In this document: piece after piece, positions 63,419 through 64,000 of the stretch
Position numbering within the stretch: the first letter of the stretch is position 1
Layout of the letters: each line of letters starts with the position of its first letter
Assembly: GCF_009914755.1 (NCBI RefSeq)
Contig: NC_060935.1
Length of the DNA stretch: 64,000 bases
Reading direction: 5' to 3' (one strand)
Source of the DNA: the human T2T-CHM13v2.0 reference genome, Homo sapiens
Position numbers and translations under genes: made by a program
Notes under the pieces: model-generated
The model's input: only the letters and a program-made list of their open reading frames with translations
Databases searched by the model: none
What the model was told of the DNA's origin: nothing

Positions 63419-64000
63419 CTAAAAATTATTTCTCTGAACTTCATTTCAATCTTTACTATATTCTATTTGATAAAACATTGTATCCTAATATGAGACCAAT
63501 ATATTTCAAATAAATTAGAATATTACCCAGATTCATTGAATAGATGAGGCATATTTTATCAAATAATTTTAAAATTCATAATTTGCTTTGTCAAAACACA
63601 AGGATACTTGTTAAATATCTGAATAATAAACTAAAATGTGCAGATAGATAATATACAGTAATACAAATAATTTCCTACTACTTATTTTTTTCCCTCTTAG
63701 TGGGATTTTGCTACTCAAATGTACCCAACAACGATGAGATATCATTAATTAGGAAATTAAAAAATAAAATAAAATTTGTTCTCTGTTTAGAAACATAGTG
63801 TAGTTACACAAAGATTGCTGTAAACATCTCTAGCATTGTCGTTCACAAGGTCATGATGGTATATACATAGATTAATGAAAAGAAATAATGATTAAAAGGA
63901 TATAAAGATGCTTTGTGACTCTCAACTAGAGAACACATCAAAAAACAATAATAAACCTTTAAAAAAGAAAATAATAGAATAGAGATATGGAGGGTGGCAG

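Overview
AT-rich primate (probably human or great-ape) genomic DNA with no intact protein-coding gene. About half is interspersed repeat: several L1PA/L1PB/L1M copies (four 5'-inverted), about 10 Alus, a Tigger4 body, MER21/LTR8/MER52/THE1/MLT1 LTRs, MER44, MER58, MADE2, L2/MIR remnants and microsatellites. Every long ORF in the track derives from L1, Alu, Tigger or simple repeats. The main discovery lies in the unique DNA between the repeats. On the minus strand, about 30 decayed segments, many with canonical AG/GT splice signals, give hand translations that match successive dynein heavy-chain motifs in colinear order. The order runs from tail/DHC_N2 (~61-58 kb) through linker (~55 kb), AAA1 (~51-46 kb), AAA2 (~44-37 kb), AAA3 (~36-34 kb), AAA4 (~33-31 kb), stalk/MTBD (~31-21.6 kb), AAA5 (~21-14 kb) and AAA6 (~12-6.6 kb) to the C-terminal domain (~6-1.5 kb). 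The segments are full of stops and frameshifts and several are split by transposons, so this looks like an ancient intron-containing pseudogene of a divergent dynein heavy chain. The motif comparisons were done by eye against family consensus recalled from memory, not by database search. Repeat subfamily names and many boundaries are approximate.
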